Of a stretch of DNA of 64,000 bases, positions 17,751-30,784 are shown one piece after another. How positions within the stretch are numbered: the first letter of the stretch is position 1; each line of letters begins with the position of its first letter. The notes below the pieces were generated by a model. The model made no database searches. It had not been told where the DNA came from and worked only from the letters and a program-made list of their open reading frames with translations. The translations under genes and the position numbers were made by a program. Location: the NCBI GenBank assembly GCA_964016885.1, contig OZ024743.1:41912001-41976000 (forward strand), in the 5' to 3' direction. This stretch comes from Eledone cirrhosa. Its lineage: Eukaryota.

Positions 17751-18828
17751 GAGTAACAAACTTTCCTTGAATAAGTATTGTAGCATAACAATAAAATAAA
17801 TATAAAACATGAATACAACAGAATAGAACGAAGACTAAAACATTTAGTACCTTCAAGTCTTCAAATCATTTAAATCCTAATTCTTACTACTCTCTTCCTA
17901 CAAAACCTTCTTCCTTTATGTATATATTTTACACTGAATCTTTCGTTCGATTTAAATGAAAATATGGTGCAAATTATTAATTCTGCGTCTACACATCTTT
18001 GACAGAACTTTAGTGCCTACAAGGAAGCCATATTAAGTTGCAAACATATATAAGAAATGCACACAATTCTTTATTTCAGTGGTATCTATGATACCGGATT
18101 TATATTTATTTATTTTTATGACTATGTTTTATTTTCTGCGAAGCCAAGCAATAACAACTTATTTTTTCACGCGTTCGGAGCTGAAATATAAAACAGTATT
18201 ATAATGCATACTACATTCCTTTCAGCAAAATAGTTTAGAAGTATAAGCAAGACTAACAACGTTCGTTGATAGAATTAACTTAATTGTCTCTAAGTAGCTT
18301 CTTAAAGCGTGGTGGAGTTTCGAGAAAAACATAATCGGTTTAATGAAATTGCATTAATGAATCTTACCTGAAGATAAGCTACATCAGAATCAATAATAAT
18401 TCGTGTTCAACAGTGTTCGTTTTGCCTCTCATCTTCCTTTATTATTTTAGTTTGCTGTTATGCTGTTGCTGTGTCTTCAGAAACAAATATCTATCCACTC
18501 TTTCATATGTGTAAACACAGACATACATTCGGCTGTATTTTTCGCATAGTTACATTTTCTACTCCAAGACTGATTGAAATTATAATGTTGATCATAAAAT
18601 AACAAGATATTTTTCTGCAGCTATATGTATGTGTAATGAAATGAAAATATTCTATATACGTTCCAAGAGTATTTATCTCATCAATAATTGGCAACTGATG
18701 ACAAAGCAGTGCTACTGCTAACATGTTGTTTTTCCTGCATGATTTATAGTTTTTCACTTCAATCTCTACTTTCTTTGTTTCTTTTCCCTTCGTCTCACTT
18801 GTATGTTTGTTTTGTTTGCCTTATATAC

Positions 18829-18948
<120 letters not shown>

Positions 18949-19100
18949 TTATATATATATGTCTGTGCTCTTTATGAACGTTTCAGTATCGTTTCTCATT
19001 TATATATTGCTAAAGAAAACAACACAAGCCAATAAATGTGGGTACATGGAAAACAATAAAGATAACTGATCGCAACTATGAGTATATATATATATATATA

Positions 19101-19298
19101 TTGTTATTGTTGGGAGGGTCATGTTGCGAATAAGAAACACACGCACCAGTTGCTTTCACTTCAATTTATTATAATAAATTTATAAATTTAGGAACTTATA
19201 AATTTCCGGTTGTTTGGTTGGTTCCCAAACTATAACAATATCGGTTTCAACACACGTTTTCAGATAAAGAATCTTGCTAAACAATTTCAGAAACGAAA
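19101..19298. mobile_element. Short inverted pLTR fragment of PLE family B
   Basis: 19101-19222 matches ~43592-43715, and 19223-19297 is the reverse complement of ~43535-43606. It is flanked by (TA)n. Confidence 0.85.
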
Positions 19299-19317
19299 TA
19301 TATATATATATATATAA

Positions 19318-20345
19318 TATTATTGGGGCACCCACTGATGAATTATAGGAGCCCACTTGAATATATATATATATTGATGGTATACAAGCTCCTACATAAA
19401 TTGGTATAATTTCACCCAAATTCTAGGAATCCTATAATGAAACGAGACGTCCGTCTGGAAAGAGATATATTCGATATGTCTCATATGAAATAATACACCA
19501 AATTTTCCATGCAATACTTTTAGTTAGCACCCCGAACGCTTAATTAGGAATATACTCACTTATTTCCTGATGTTTGTTGAGTGAGTTGGAATTTGGCCGG
19601 AGTATCGCTAAAAGCTTTCTCCGATATTGTATTTATTTATTTACTCTTGGTGCAACAAATTTGAAATTCCCGGTATAAGGTTAGACGTTCTTTGTTTATT
19701 TTTTTTATATATGAATATTGATTGTTCCTTATATCTCATTCTGTTATTTTGCCCGAGAAAATATCTGTGTGTGTCATCAAACGATGTACACACATAGATA
19801 TGTTTTTCAATTTCTAATTGTGTTCTAGCACGTGGCCTGAATTCCTTTTAGAGTTCATTGTCATACGCTTGTATTGTTTTCTTTTGGCGGTAATTTACTT
19901 CATCATTTTTGAATCAGTTTGAGCATTTCTTTAGAACTGCTGGACTAGCAACCTGACAGATACTTCAGGCACTGATGATGATTATCGCTAAATACTGATG
20001 TTGGCTAGATTATCAATATTAGTATTATTGGGGCACCCCCTGATGAATTATAGGAGCCCACTTGAATATATATCTATTGATGGTATACGAGCTCCTACAT
20101 AAATTGGTATAATTTCACCCAAATTGTAGGAATGCTATAATGAAACGAGACGTCCCTCTGGGAAGAGATATATTCGATATGTCTCATATGAAATAATACA
20201 GCCAATTTTCCACGCAATACTTTTATTTAGCACCCCGAATGCTTAATTAGGAATATAATCACTTATTTCCTAATGTTTGTTGAGTGAGTTGGCATTTGGC
20301 CGGAGTATCGCTAAAAAGCTTTCTCCGATATTGTATTTATTTATA
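19318..20345 (+). mobile_element. Non-coding element with ~320-bp direct terminal repeats (period ~705 bp), each carrying a hammerhead
   Basis: 19318-19642 is repeated at 20023-20345. It has (TA)n flanks and no recognisable protein. Confidence 0.85.
19331..19459 (+). ncRNA. Type I hammerhead with a 79-nt insert in loop II (mutated copy 20036-20162)
   Basis: CCCA-CTGATGA-ATTATAGGA-(79 nt)-TCCTATAAT-GAAA-CG(AGACGTC)CG-TC-TGGA, with a perfect 9-bp stem II and a GUC site. Confidence 0.7.
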
Positions 20346-20380
20346 TATATAATATATATATATTTGTATATATATATATA

Positions 20381-20899
<519 letters not shown>

Positions 20900-21037
20900 C
20901 ATACATATATATATATATAATATATTAACAAATGGAAACTATATTTATAAAACCATATTTATTTCATTATACATATTTCAAGGACACCAAAGCAAATTAT
21001 GGTGCGCTTTCATCAGACATGGTCGCATTATTTTAAG

Positions 21038-21226
21038 GGCGGTGGATTGGCAGTATCGGTAGAGGGTCGGACGCCATGCTTTCCAGCATGGTTACGTCCC
21101 TTTACGATCTGAGTTCAAATCCCGCCGAGGTTGACTTTGCCTTTCATCCTTACGGGGTCGATAAAATAAAGTACCAGTAATGCACTGGGTAATTGCTGGC
21201 CTTGTGCCTAAAGTAGAAACAATTAT
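21038..21226 (+). mobile_element. tRNA-derived SINE, full length, TSD ATTATTTTAAGGG
   Basis: A-box-like TGGCAGTATCGG and B-box GAGTTCAAATCC. TSD at 21027-21039 and 21222-21234. Near-identical copies occur elsewhere in the window. Confidence 0.92.
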
Positions 21227-21352
21227 TTTAAGGGTATGTCAATATTTGTTTATAAAACTGATCTATATTATATTTTATCTGATGAAAGCGCACCATAATT
21301 TGCTTTGAAATATGTATAATGTCCTTGAAATATGTATAATGAAATAAATATG

Positions 21353-21893
21353 TATATATATATATACATACTACTGTACGTCGGTATACATATATGTATG
21401 TACGTGTACATACTTATATTTAAGTAACAGCCGTACTAAGAGTGGGAAATGAAATATCGTTTCATTTTTTCCGTTTATCGTTTTCGGTGCACCCGGCCGA
21501 TTAACCCACTCGATATGCAAATTGGGCTACTCAGCCGTTAATATGCATAAGGTAAGTATATACGTTCAACAATCTGGCAGGAAGGTATACGTTGCTGACG
21601 ATAGCTAACAAGCTTGAAACTAGAACAGCGTTCCTTTGTCAGTGTTGAACAAACGAGCAACGGTGGTTGCTAGACACTACGGCTTAATACGGAATGTTTG
21701 TTTACAAACACCGAGCATTATAATAAATGTTCGGTGAATCCATACGTGCATATATATATGTGTGCATGTATGTATATATATATATATTCATACTACTGTA
21801 CGTCGGTATACATATATGTATGTACGTGTACATACTTATATTTAAGTAACAGCCGTACTAAGAGTGGGAAATGAAATATCGTTTCATTTTTTC
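21353..21893 (+). mobile_element. Family D hammerhead element, 1.25 units of a ~422-bp monomer, with a 13-bp TSD
   Basis: CATACTACTGTACG at 21367 and 21789. TGAAATAAATATG at 21340-21352 and 21894-21906. HHR at 21590-21630, with UA mutated to AA. Confidence 0.88.
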
Positions 21894-22269
21894 TGAAATA
21901 AATATGGTTTTATAAATATAGTTTCCATTTGTTAATATATTGTATTTTTACTTCAAAAATGTGTTGAGTGTTTTGTATCAGTTATAAAAATATTTGGTTG
22001 TTGTATCCCAACAATTTAAATATAACTTCTACATATATATATATATATATATGTGTGTGTATATATCATCATTTCATCATCATCATCATCATTTCCTTTT
22101 ATTTCCGCTTTTCCTTGCTTGGGACGGGACGGGAACTGATTCTTGCTTGATTTCTACAGTTGGATGTCCTTCCTAACACCAACCTCATTTACAGTGAGTG
22201 CCGGGTGCTTTTTTGCCGTGGCACCTCCACGACCTCTTTACAGTGGAATGATAGAGACCCCAGTCCCTA

Positions 22270-22411
22270 TCATCTCATTTCTACTGAGTAAACTGGAGCA
22301 ATGTGAAATAAAGTCTCTTGCTCAAGGAAACAACACATCACCCGGTGTGAGAATTGAACTCACAACCTTTCGAGTGCAAAGCCAATGTTCTAACCACTAG
22401 GCCATATGCCT

Positions 22412-22412
<1 letters not shown>
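22270..22412 (-). mobile_element. Second tRNA-derived SINE family (related pieces ~39020-39145 -, ~2560-2680 +)
   Basis: The reverse complement reads TGGCCTAGTGGTTAG (A box)...GAGTTCAATTC (B box)...CCTTGAGCAAGAGACTTTATTTCACATTGCTCCAG. Confidence 0.75.
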
Positions 22413-22496
<84 letters not shown>

Positions 22497-23424
22497 GATT
22501 TTTTTTTTAAGGATAGAGCGTGGTTCACATTCCTTCATAAAATATTCTAACCATATGTAAATTTCCGTCAGCGGATTCATTACTCAAGTTAGCAAATTGA
22601 TTTTAAAGAAATTAGTCTGATTTTATTTGAGACCAGGTGGACGAATATTGCAACATTTCCCACACTTTTATTTTCTCAAGACACATTTTGTATCTAAATT
22701 CTTTATTCAAAATAATTATTTTCATATATTAGCAGTCAACCAATCGCGACAGTCAGCCCCTTTCAGGCCACTTATAGAAAAACATGTGCGTCGATCAAGT
22801 TTGGCCCCTATGTCGTCGTAATTCATGTTTCCAGCTAGGGGATTGACAATAAATAGGGGATTAAAAATAAAGTGACTTGGCCAAGTACACAACCCACCAC
22901 AATAAAGACGATAAATGATTTTCTAAAGAAAATATTTGTTGATTTATCAGGTCAAGCTATGAAATGGTGGATGCCTCATAAACTTATTTCTGGGTGATAC
23001 ACTTTCTCGTTAAATCAGAACAAACTCAAAGTTTCATTTCTTAATTCTAACAGCGATACGATATACTGTGCTCCACAAATGCCAACGGTTCTATTACATA
23101 ACAAACATAAACAAATTGTATTGAATGCTGCCAGGATAAATACAATGCCCTCCATAGCATTCCTAGCTATAACTCTCTTGTGAATAATTCCATATGAAAT
23201 GTTACAGGAAATATTCTAGGAATTTTTGGCAAGCATTGTAGAGCGTGTTCGACCCCAACAACAATACTGACGCACGTCTAATAATAGGGTAATCATTTTA
23301 ATCCTAAATTTGACAGTAAAGTCATTCAGAGGCAATGGAAGGGCACATTCCTTATTTGTCCCTCTAATATATCATGATATTCATAATAAGTGATAAAGAA
23401 ACTATATTGAAGAAAATGCACGTA

Positions 23425-23458
<34 letters not shown>

Positions 23459-23505
23459 AGGATGAATATGAAATGAAAGTGCTTTTTTTAAAAAGGAATT
23501 TATTA

Positions 23506-23620
23506 GGTATTGACATATGTTTCTGTAACAGAAAGAATACCTATGTATCGTTGCTTGCGTAATCATATAATGTTAGCAAGTATTCGATAGCAAATGTATA
23601 ATCAGTTGTCACTTCTTCAG
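23506..23620 (-). ncRNA. Hammerhead-like core with a ~76-nt loop II insert; 5' strand of stem I missing
   Basis: The reverse complement reads CTGAAGA-AGTGACA-(~76 nt)-TGTTACA-GAAA-CATATG-TC. It abuts an inversion junction (23455-23475 vs 23622-23642). Confidence 0.5.
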
Positions 23621-23749
23621 AGATTTTATATTCATCCTTTCTACATTTTCTCCGGAATATAATTTATACTCGTTGAGCTAACCTGCACGTACGCTGTTCA
23701 TCTCTAACGTAACGATATATTATCACTACATTATTGATAACCTGAAATG

Positions 23750-23817
<68 letters not shown>

Positions 23818-23824
23818 TACTTGC

Positions 23825-23865
<41 letters not shown>

Positions 23866-23869
<4 letters not shown>

Positions 23870-24225
23870 AGGAAATTAAAAGATGGCTAAAAATGTTCCA
23901 TGTATTTTATAATGCGCATTTCAAAAACAAATATTATCCAGGGACGATATTTGCGTTCTCATCAGATAAAATAGGGAGACATGATATGAAGTTTAAAAAA
24001 GACACTTGTGAGCAAGGTAGTGTCTAAATAACATGTTGATGAAAACGCAAATATCTTCACAGGATGATATTTGTTTTTGAAATGCGCATAATAAAATACT
24101 TGGAACTTTTTTACTCATCTTTTAATTTCTTCTTATATATACTCCAGTCCAATAAACTGTTTAGTGCTACTTATCCGATATTTTCATTGCTTTATTGTGC
24201 TACAATAAAACTCACCTCCTACACA
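23866..24225. mobile_element. Fold-back hammerhead element, family G
   Basis: 23866-23964 is inverted at 24038-24137, with (TA)n flanks. Confidence 0.8.
23903..23973 (-). ncRNA. Type I hammerhead, family G
   Basis: The reverse complement reads TATTTTAT-CTGATGA-GAACGCAAATATCGTCC(CT)GGATAATATTTGTTTTT-GAAA-TGCGCA-TT-ATAAAATA. Confidence 0.8.
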
Positions 24226-24239
24226 TATATATATATATA

Positions 24240-24918
24240 TTGTTATACTTGGGGAGGGTCATATTTGTGTAATATTGCCAGAATTAATAACAGAACACAC
24301 TCACTGTCTGGTTGGTTTTCGCTTTTCTCTTCTGTGTCTTTTATATCGGTAATCTAATTTATTCGGTCCTCAATGTTGCCATTGACTGACCAATGGTCAA
24401 CAATAATACAGATACAAGATAGACACAAACACATATATATAGTTTATCAAAGTTCTTTCGTTGCACATCTGTAACATCGTCAGTGGTGTTATTGTTTCCT
24501 CCCGTTACATTGTATGTCTACGCCATTGTTATTTAGTCTGTCTATATATTTATTTATTTATTTGTTTGTTTGTTTATTTTATTTTGTCTTCTTTGCGCAT
24601 GCGTTTGCGTGTGTGTATAGTGTTTTGTTTGATGTGTGTTCGTGATTGGGTGACTGTGTATCGGTTAATGTATTCTATATTCTCTAGTGTGTGTTTATAA
24701 GTGTTTGTTGTTATTGTGCTTGTGTATGTATTTATTTATTTATTTATCTATTTATTTATTTATTTATTTATACTTCTCTTAGGTCAGTGTTGTTTGTTTG
24801 GGTGTTGTTGTTATTCCATTCATTCTTTCTGTTTAGTCTTGGCCTTCTAAGTCCTATTTCACTGGCCTATCTGATTTGCCTATCTGCTGGGTCATTTCTA
24901 TGTTTAGATATTATTCTT
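24240..24918 (-). mobile_element. Second 5'-truncated copy of PLE family C
   Basis: Highly similar to 15496-16168, with (TA)n flanks. Confidence 0.9.
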
Positions 24919-24930
24919 ATTCATCGCCGT

Positions 24931-24961
<31 letters not shown>

Positions 24962-25080
24962 TAGGCTGTACGGTGAAATACTGGTGTTGGTACCAATCAT
25001 GCCCTCTGTGCACAGAGTGTATATAATAGAAAAAACGAGAAGTATTTCACACACATAGGCACACACACACACACTCTATT

Positions 25081-25195
<115 letters not shown>

Positions 25196-26099
25196 ATATA
25201 TATGTATATATATATATACAACTGGAAGCTTAGTAAAATCAATTAGGAATGAGCAGCAAAGCACACAATAAGGTAGGCCCTTAGCGTAATAACATACGTT
25301 TAGACAGCATGACAAATTGAAAATTGCGGCCGGCAGACCTAGCCACACAATAGCAAAAACAATGAAAAAACTGATCAGGTTAGGGCATATCGAACGATAT
25401 TTGCACTACGTCCGATAGGTTTCTATAAAATCGATATCATCCTTCCAGCTTACGAAATGTGTAAGACTGTAGTGTTCCATGATCGAACAGAGGATTCACG
25501 TCATCAACAGGAAATTTCGTTCTATGCCTAAAGCCGGTGTGGAATATAACCTGTACTGCTATCGTAGGCATGCCTCAGTGTTTCACTGTCACGTGTTATT
25601 TCCCACAAGGGAAGTAAACACCCGTGTTTTGGCGGGTAAATTCAAAGTGTGAAAATCAATTCCGTTCCTCATTCCGAATGAAAAGCTCGCGACTAGACGT
25701 TATTGAACAAACATAAATAATTAACCAATCAATGGAATTGTCTAATTAAATTAATTAGTTAATCATTTAGTCTAGGAGATAATAATACAATAGAAGCTTA
25801 GTAAAATTGAAGCTTTGGCTGTGGCCAAGCTAACGACCTAGAGACAGCTTACCAAAAACAACTGGGTTGGTATGTAAGTATTATAATATGTAATTGCGTA
25901 AATATGTGTAGACACAGAAAACGACTCCATGTATAGTAAGCGAAGACCAATGAAGAACTAGGGAGTCACATGTGCTGTGCAGTTTCGTTGAACTTAGTGA
26001 GATTCTGGGAACTATAAGGTAGAATATATCTGGCAAACTCTCAGTACCTGTTCCCTCACAAATACGAACGAAGAACCTAGTTGAGAGACAAATACCCAG

Positions 26100-28560
26100 T
26101 AATAGAAAGCATCAAATAGCGCAAAATATGTAATGCCAACGAATGAAACCCATCAGAATAAGATGTTGATAATACATTAGAAGCAGTTTCCGCTGTGACA
26201 GTTAAGTGGAAAATGAATGTCCTAACCTTGTTAATATTAAACACAGGAAGAGAGAGTTTGGGAATACAAGACTAAAGGGAAATATCAAAACTCTAAAGCA
26301 GGGCAAGTGACATACTCCGCACTTAGTGAGTAGTAGTACATGATCTCTGAGTGGAAAGCATCGAGAATCAGGTATCTAACAGGAAGACAACCAAAACCTT
26401 TCTGCGGTCTCCGAAAAGCAGAAACAACTTGAAAGCAGAGCAGTGACTGTACATGGAAAATGGTTCAGAATGCTAATCGCCAATTCATATTCATTAGATG
26501 GCTGCTATAAAAAGCCGAATCCGGGATGATGACAACCCCAGAGACGACGTAGAGGAAAAGGACCAAAATATCAGAAGCTAAAACATCCGAAGAAAAGTTC
26601 AACTCCAGCGAATATTCTGGAAGATGTTGAAAAAATGCCAGAACAGGATTTGCTTCCGAAGCAAGTGATATACCTTACAAGATGTATGAAGATTACCCAA
26701 CGGAGATTGTGGAAGCTCTTCTGTTGGATCTGCTGAATGTGTACCATTTCTTTGACTTGGAAGAGGGTACAGGGCAAATATGTGCCGAAAGAAGATTCAT
26801 AAACAATCTTATTTCTAATTGTGTAAGGCACGATCTTCTTTTCAGTATTTTTCAAAAGTATGAACCCATACAGGAGAATGGGTATATCGGCACTTTTATC
26901 AAAAAAGGGCGTCTTCCCGTCATTGCTGCGCTCTCTAGATTAGAGTCAATTTCTTAGCCCGATATTTCAAGAGATTATGTAAGGCTAATGACTATTTCGG
27001 TCAGGGCTGACCATGGGCAGTATTCCGTTGTCAGCTCGGCTGGAGCAGTTTCTCCGGTGGCTAAACAGATTAAGTTAAGTTCAAGAGATTAAGTTAAGAA
27101 AAAGTGACCTAACAGTTGTCTGGCTAGATTAAACCAATGCACATGATTATATTTCTTATGTACTCATATAAACAGCACTAGATCACTACCGCATCCGTCA
27201 CCGTTACTAAGGAATGTCCACTAAATATTTTGAAGGTTTATATTTAAGGTACAAAGAGGTTTAATTTACAAGATGTGTGTAAGGAAATTTAAACTGGCTG
27301 AACAATGACTTCCATTGATTTCGTCATAGGAATAAACCACCTTACTCTTGCAAGGAGGTTTATCCTATGAAGAAAACAATGGGAGTCATTGTTCGGCTAG
27401 ATTCAATTTCCTTACACATATCTTGTAAATTCTGGAAAAGAATGTCAAGGCCCAACCATAGCACTGCCCATGAAACAAGACCAATTTAGTGGCTTCATGA
27501 ATGATGTCACTTTGACAATCACAATACACCAGACATTTAGATGGGTGGTAGAAGTGCTTCTCTGTGTGGAAACATGAGCATGAATTATGCTCAATCGAAA
27601 TAATTCCTGAAGCAACGCTGCTCAGGAAAGTTAGATTAGATTATTAGATAATCTCAGATTGTAAGTGCGGATGGATATTTTGTCAAAAAACCTCGGAATA
27701 TTATTCGATAACTCTCTTTTACATGGGTGCAACGTGACTATTAAGAGAAATGTTTAAGTCATATCTCTGCAAGACTCTGGCTGGTAAACATGTATGAGAT
27801 TCCTTGGTCAAGTTTTGAGTATGAGGAAAAATGTTCCTAAAATACTTCCAGCTATAGTTAGGGATTTCTCCAATATGTTCTAATGCTTGGCTCTAAAAAG
27901 ATCAGGGCATTTCCAACTTCCTATGCCTCATGCAGTGGAGGAATTCAAGGTGGCAAAGAGAAGAATAACAGCTTTGGTCTAGGATTAGCAGAATGCGCTG
28001 GTCAAGTGGTCAAGCATACAAGTGTCACTACAACATCAGGATCTATATGTGAAACAGATACTTCTGTTTCATAGGTTGATTGTCTCCTCAACGTACAGGA
28101 CTTGGTAACAATAACATGCAAGTGAAGATAGCAAATAACTACCCATTGGCAACTATGAGGAAGACAAACCCTAAAGAGAGAAGAGAAATGATCCAATCAG
28201 AAGTACGACAAGTGAGGGTGGAAGGATGGAATACGAGGGCTGTGAAATTATTATCACAGGGTGATTGACGAAATGGGAGTTTATTAAGAGTATTATTACT
28301 TGAGGAGATTTATGGTAATTTGAACCTTCCATAATCTCCTTCATGATGTGAGTGGTGTATGACACGCTAGCCTCCGCAACACATGAGCATAGGTGTTGCG
28401 TGAAGAGGATGGGGGAGTGTAAACTCTGCTCAAAGGAGGGCATCATACTGCATATTATATCAGAATATCAAACAGAACATGCCCATGAAATGTACAACGG
28501 CTGATATCAACGGCTCCTGGCCAAGGCTATGATCACCGAAGGGAATGAACTGGGACATTT
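26100..28560 (+). mobile_element. Decayed RLE non-LTR retrotransposon (HERO/NeSL-like)
   Basis: VVWLD..NA at ~27115, EVRQ...RAVKLLSQG, IT*GDLW*FEPSIISF...VYDTL, and the CKLC...LHII zinc knuckle at ~28418. Many stops; boundaries approximate. Confidence 0.65.
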
Positions 28561-28593
28561 TACTTAAGATGTGAGTATACCTATATATATACA

Positions 28594-28634
<41 letters not shown>

Positions 28635-28917
28635 TGCGTGTGTGATATGTGTGTGTGTATGCGTGTATGTGTGTGTGTGTATGTGTATGTGTGTGTATGT
28701 GTGTGTGCGTGTCTGTCTGTATGTCTCTCTCTGTCTGCATGTATATATATATTTACATATATACATTCAGACACAGACAAACACATAGGCTGACACAAAT
28801 ATCTATATCTATCTATCCCACCTCTCTCTCTCTCCCTCTATCCCCCCTCTATATATATATATATATATCTCGCTCTCTCTCTCTATCTCTCTCTCTATAT
28901 ATATATATCATATATTA

Positions 28918-28990
<73 letters not shown>

Positions 28991-28993
<3 letters not shown>

Positions 28994-29830
28994 AACGTAA
29001 AAAAGAAAATTAAAATTTTTTTTTTAAAATTAACTTACTTACTAAAATTTTCACTCCAACTAATTAGTTTCTGCAATGGGATAAAGACAGTTACGTAATG
29101 AACTGTTGAGAATTTCATTGCGTCATCAGGGAGGTCTATTCTCAGCCAAGTCTCCAGGCAATGCGCGGACACTAGGGACTCATATAAAAATAATAATAAT
29201 TCGGTAAATGGAACAGCTATCGGGGACTGGATTCCAAGTACTGAAATCTTCGCTGCCACAGGTCAAAAGGCCGATTCTAAAGAATCAATCACGTGACACT
29301 GAGGCTAGTCGGTAGGAGTGGGATGGTAAGATGACAGACGCCTACTAACACACCAAAAATTTAGTAGTGGTTTTGGCAGGTTTGCTCGACAAATCAGTGA
29401 TTTGGAGATAAATATAGATAATTTAATATATCTACTAACATAAGCGCACAGATGTACGCCAATGCCACCAAATACACAGGTTATGTCTTTTTACCTAGGT
29501 GGTTCAATGCAGGAGGATGCAGAACAATAATATAAAAAACGTTGCCTGGAGACTTGGCTGAGAATAGACCTCCCTGATGACGCAATGAAATTCTCAACAG
29601 TTCATTACGTAACTGTCTTTATCTCATTGCAGAAACTAATTAGTTGCAGAGAAAATTTTAGTAAGTAAGTTATTTTAAAAAAAAATGTTTTTTATTTTTT
29701 TATTTTACGTTTTTTATATTATTGTTCTGCATCCTCCTGCATTGAACCACCTAGGTACTATGACATAACGTGTGTATTTGCTGGCAGTGGCGTACATCTG
29801 TGCGCTAATGTTAGTAGATATATTAAATTA

Positions 29831-29833
<3 letters not shown>
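28991..29833. mobile_element. Hammerhead element: one ~550-bp monomer plus an inverted arm spanning the monomer junction
   Basis: 29543-29712 is the reverse complement of 28992-29162, and 29708-29832 is the reverse complement of 29418-29542. It has (TA)n flanks. Confidence 0.88.
29054..29133 (-). ncRNA. Type I hammerhead with extended stem II (+ copy 29570-29649)
   Basis: The reverse complement reads CTCC-CTGATGA-CGCAATG-(internal ACAGTT/AACTGT hairpin)-CATTGCA-GAAA-CTAATTAG-TT-GGAG. Confidence 0.8.
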
Positions 29834-29861
<28 letters not shown>

Positions 29862-29940
29862 GTGTTTATATTTGTTTTCGAGGTGTTTGATATGAAATAA
29901 CTACATGCATCGACTATGCCTCCTCTCTCTCGATACTTAA

Positions 29941-30078
<138 letters not shown>

Positions 30079-30100
30079 CGTGTGTGTGTCTGTGTGTATG

Positions 30101-30163
<63 letters not shown>

Positions 30164-30657
30164 CCATTGTTATAAACCAAACACCACTTTAACTTAACAT
30201 TTCTCAGCAAGGCTTTCCAATGTTCTTTTTCGATTTTATAAGTTTCTACATTTGAATAGCAGCTGTAATACAGCGCTATATATCTGAAATATCTGAAATC
30301 TAAACTACATATGTGTGTGTCTTACTGTGTTCAGGAGTTTATGTCAATATTCGTGTACAGGCGTGGTTGTTTTCTTTAAAAAAGGTCATTGATTTGACTT
30401 ATCACACCTGAGCTGACAGCTACACTGTCGCTTTTGATATTAAGTATTTATATCAATAGTATCAGCGAGATAACCAATGACGACGATGACAAGAGAGCTA
30501 GTTGATAAATTGTGATATCTTTTTAGAAATAAAAAAAATATATGTATATTTTTTCCCACCCTGCCAAAATTCCTTTCATATATCAGTGGAACAAATATTT
30601 TTTGTTCTTTCTCCCACCCTACCAAAATGTCTTTCGTATATCAGTGCAATATTTATT

Positions 30658-30784
<127 letters not shown>

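Larger units (their letters stand above)
20917..22035. mobile_element. Fold-back hammerhead element, family E, interrupted by a SINE and a family D element
   Basis: 21231-21352 plus 21894-22035 match 42277-42512. 20917-21018 is the inverted arm containing an HHR core. Confidence 0.8.

Noticed and set aside
21038-21130. tRNA gene
   Set aside because: It has only A/B-box-like motifs and no cloverleaf. It is a SINE head with a body and TSDs.
29557-29598. Type III hammerhead using the GAAA at 29587
   Set aside because: Stems I and II do not pair. The type I fold using the GAAA at 29632 gives complete stems.
30554-30655. Two ~58-bp repeats with CTGATAT..GAAA on the - strand as hammerheads
   Set aside because: The core lacks the conserved GA and there is no stem II.
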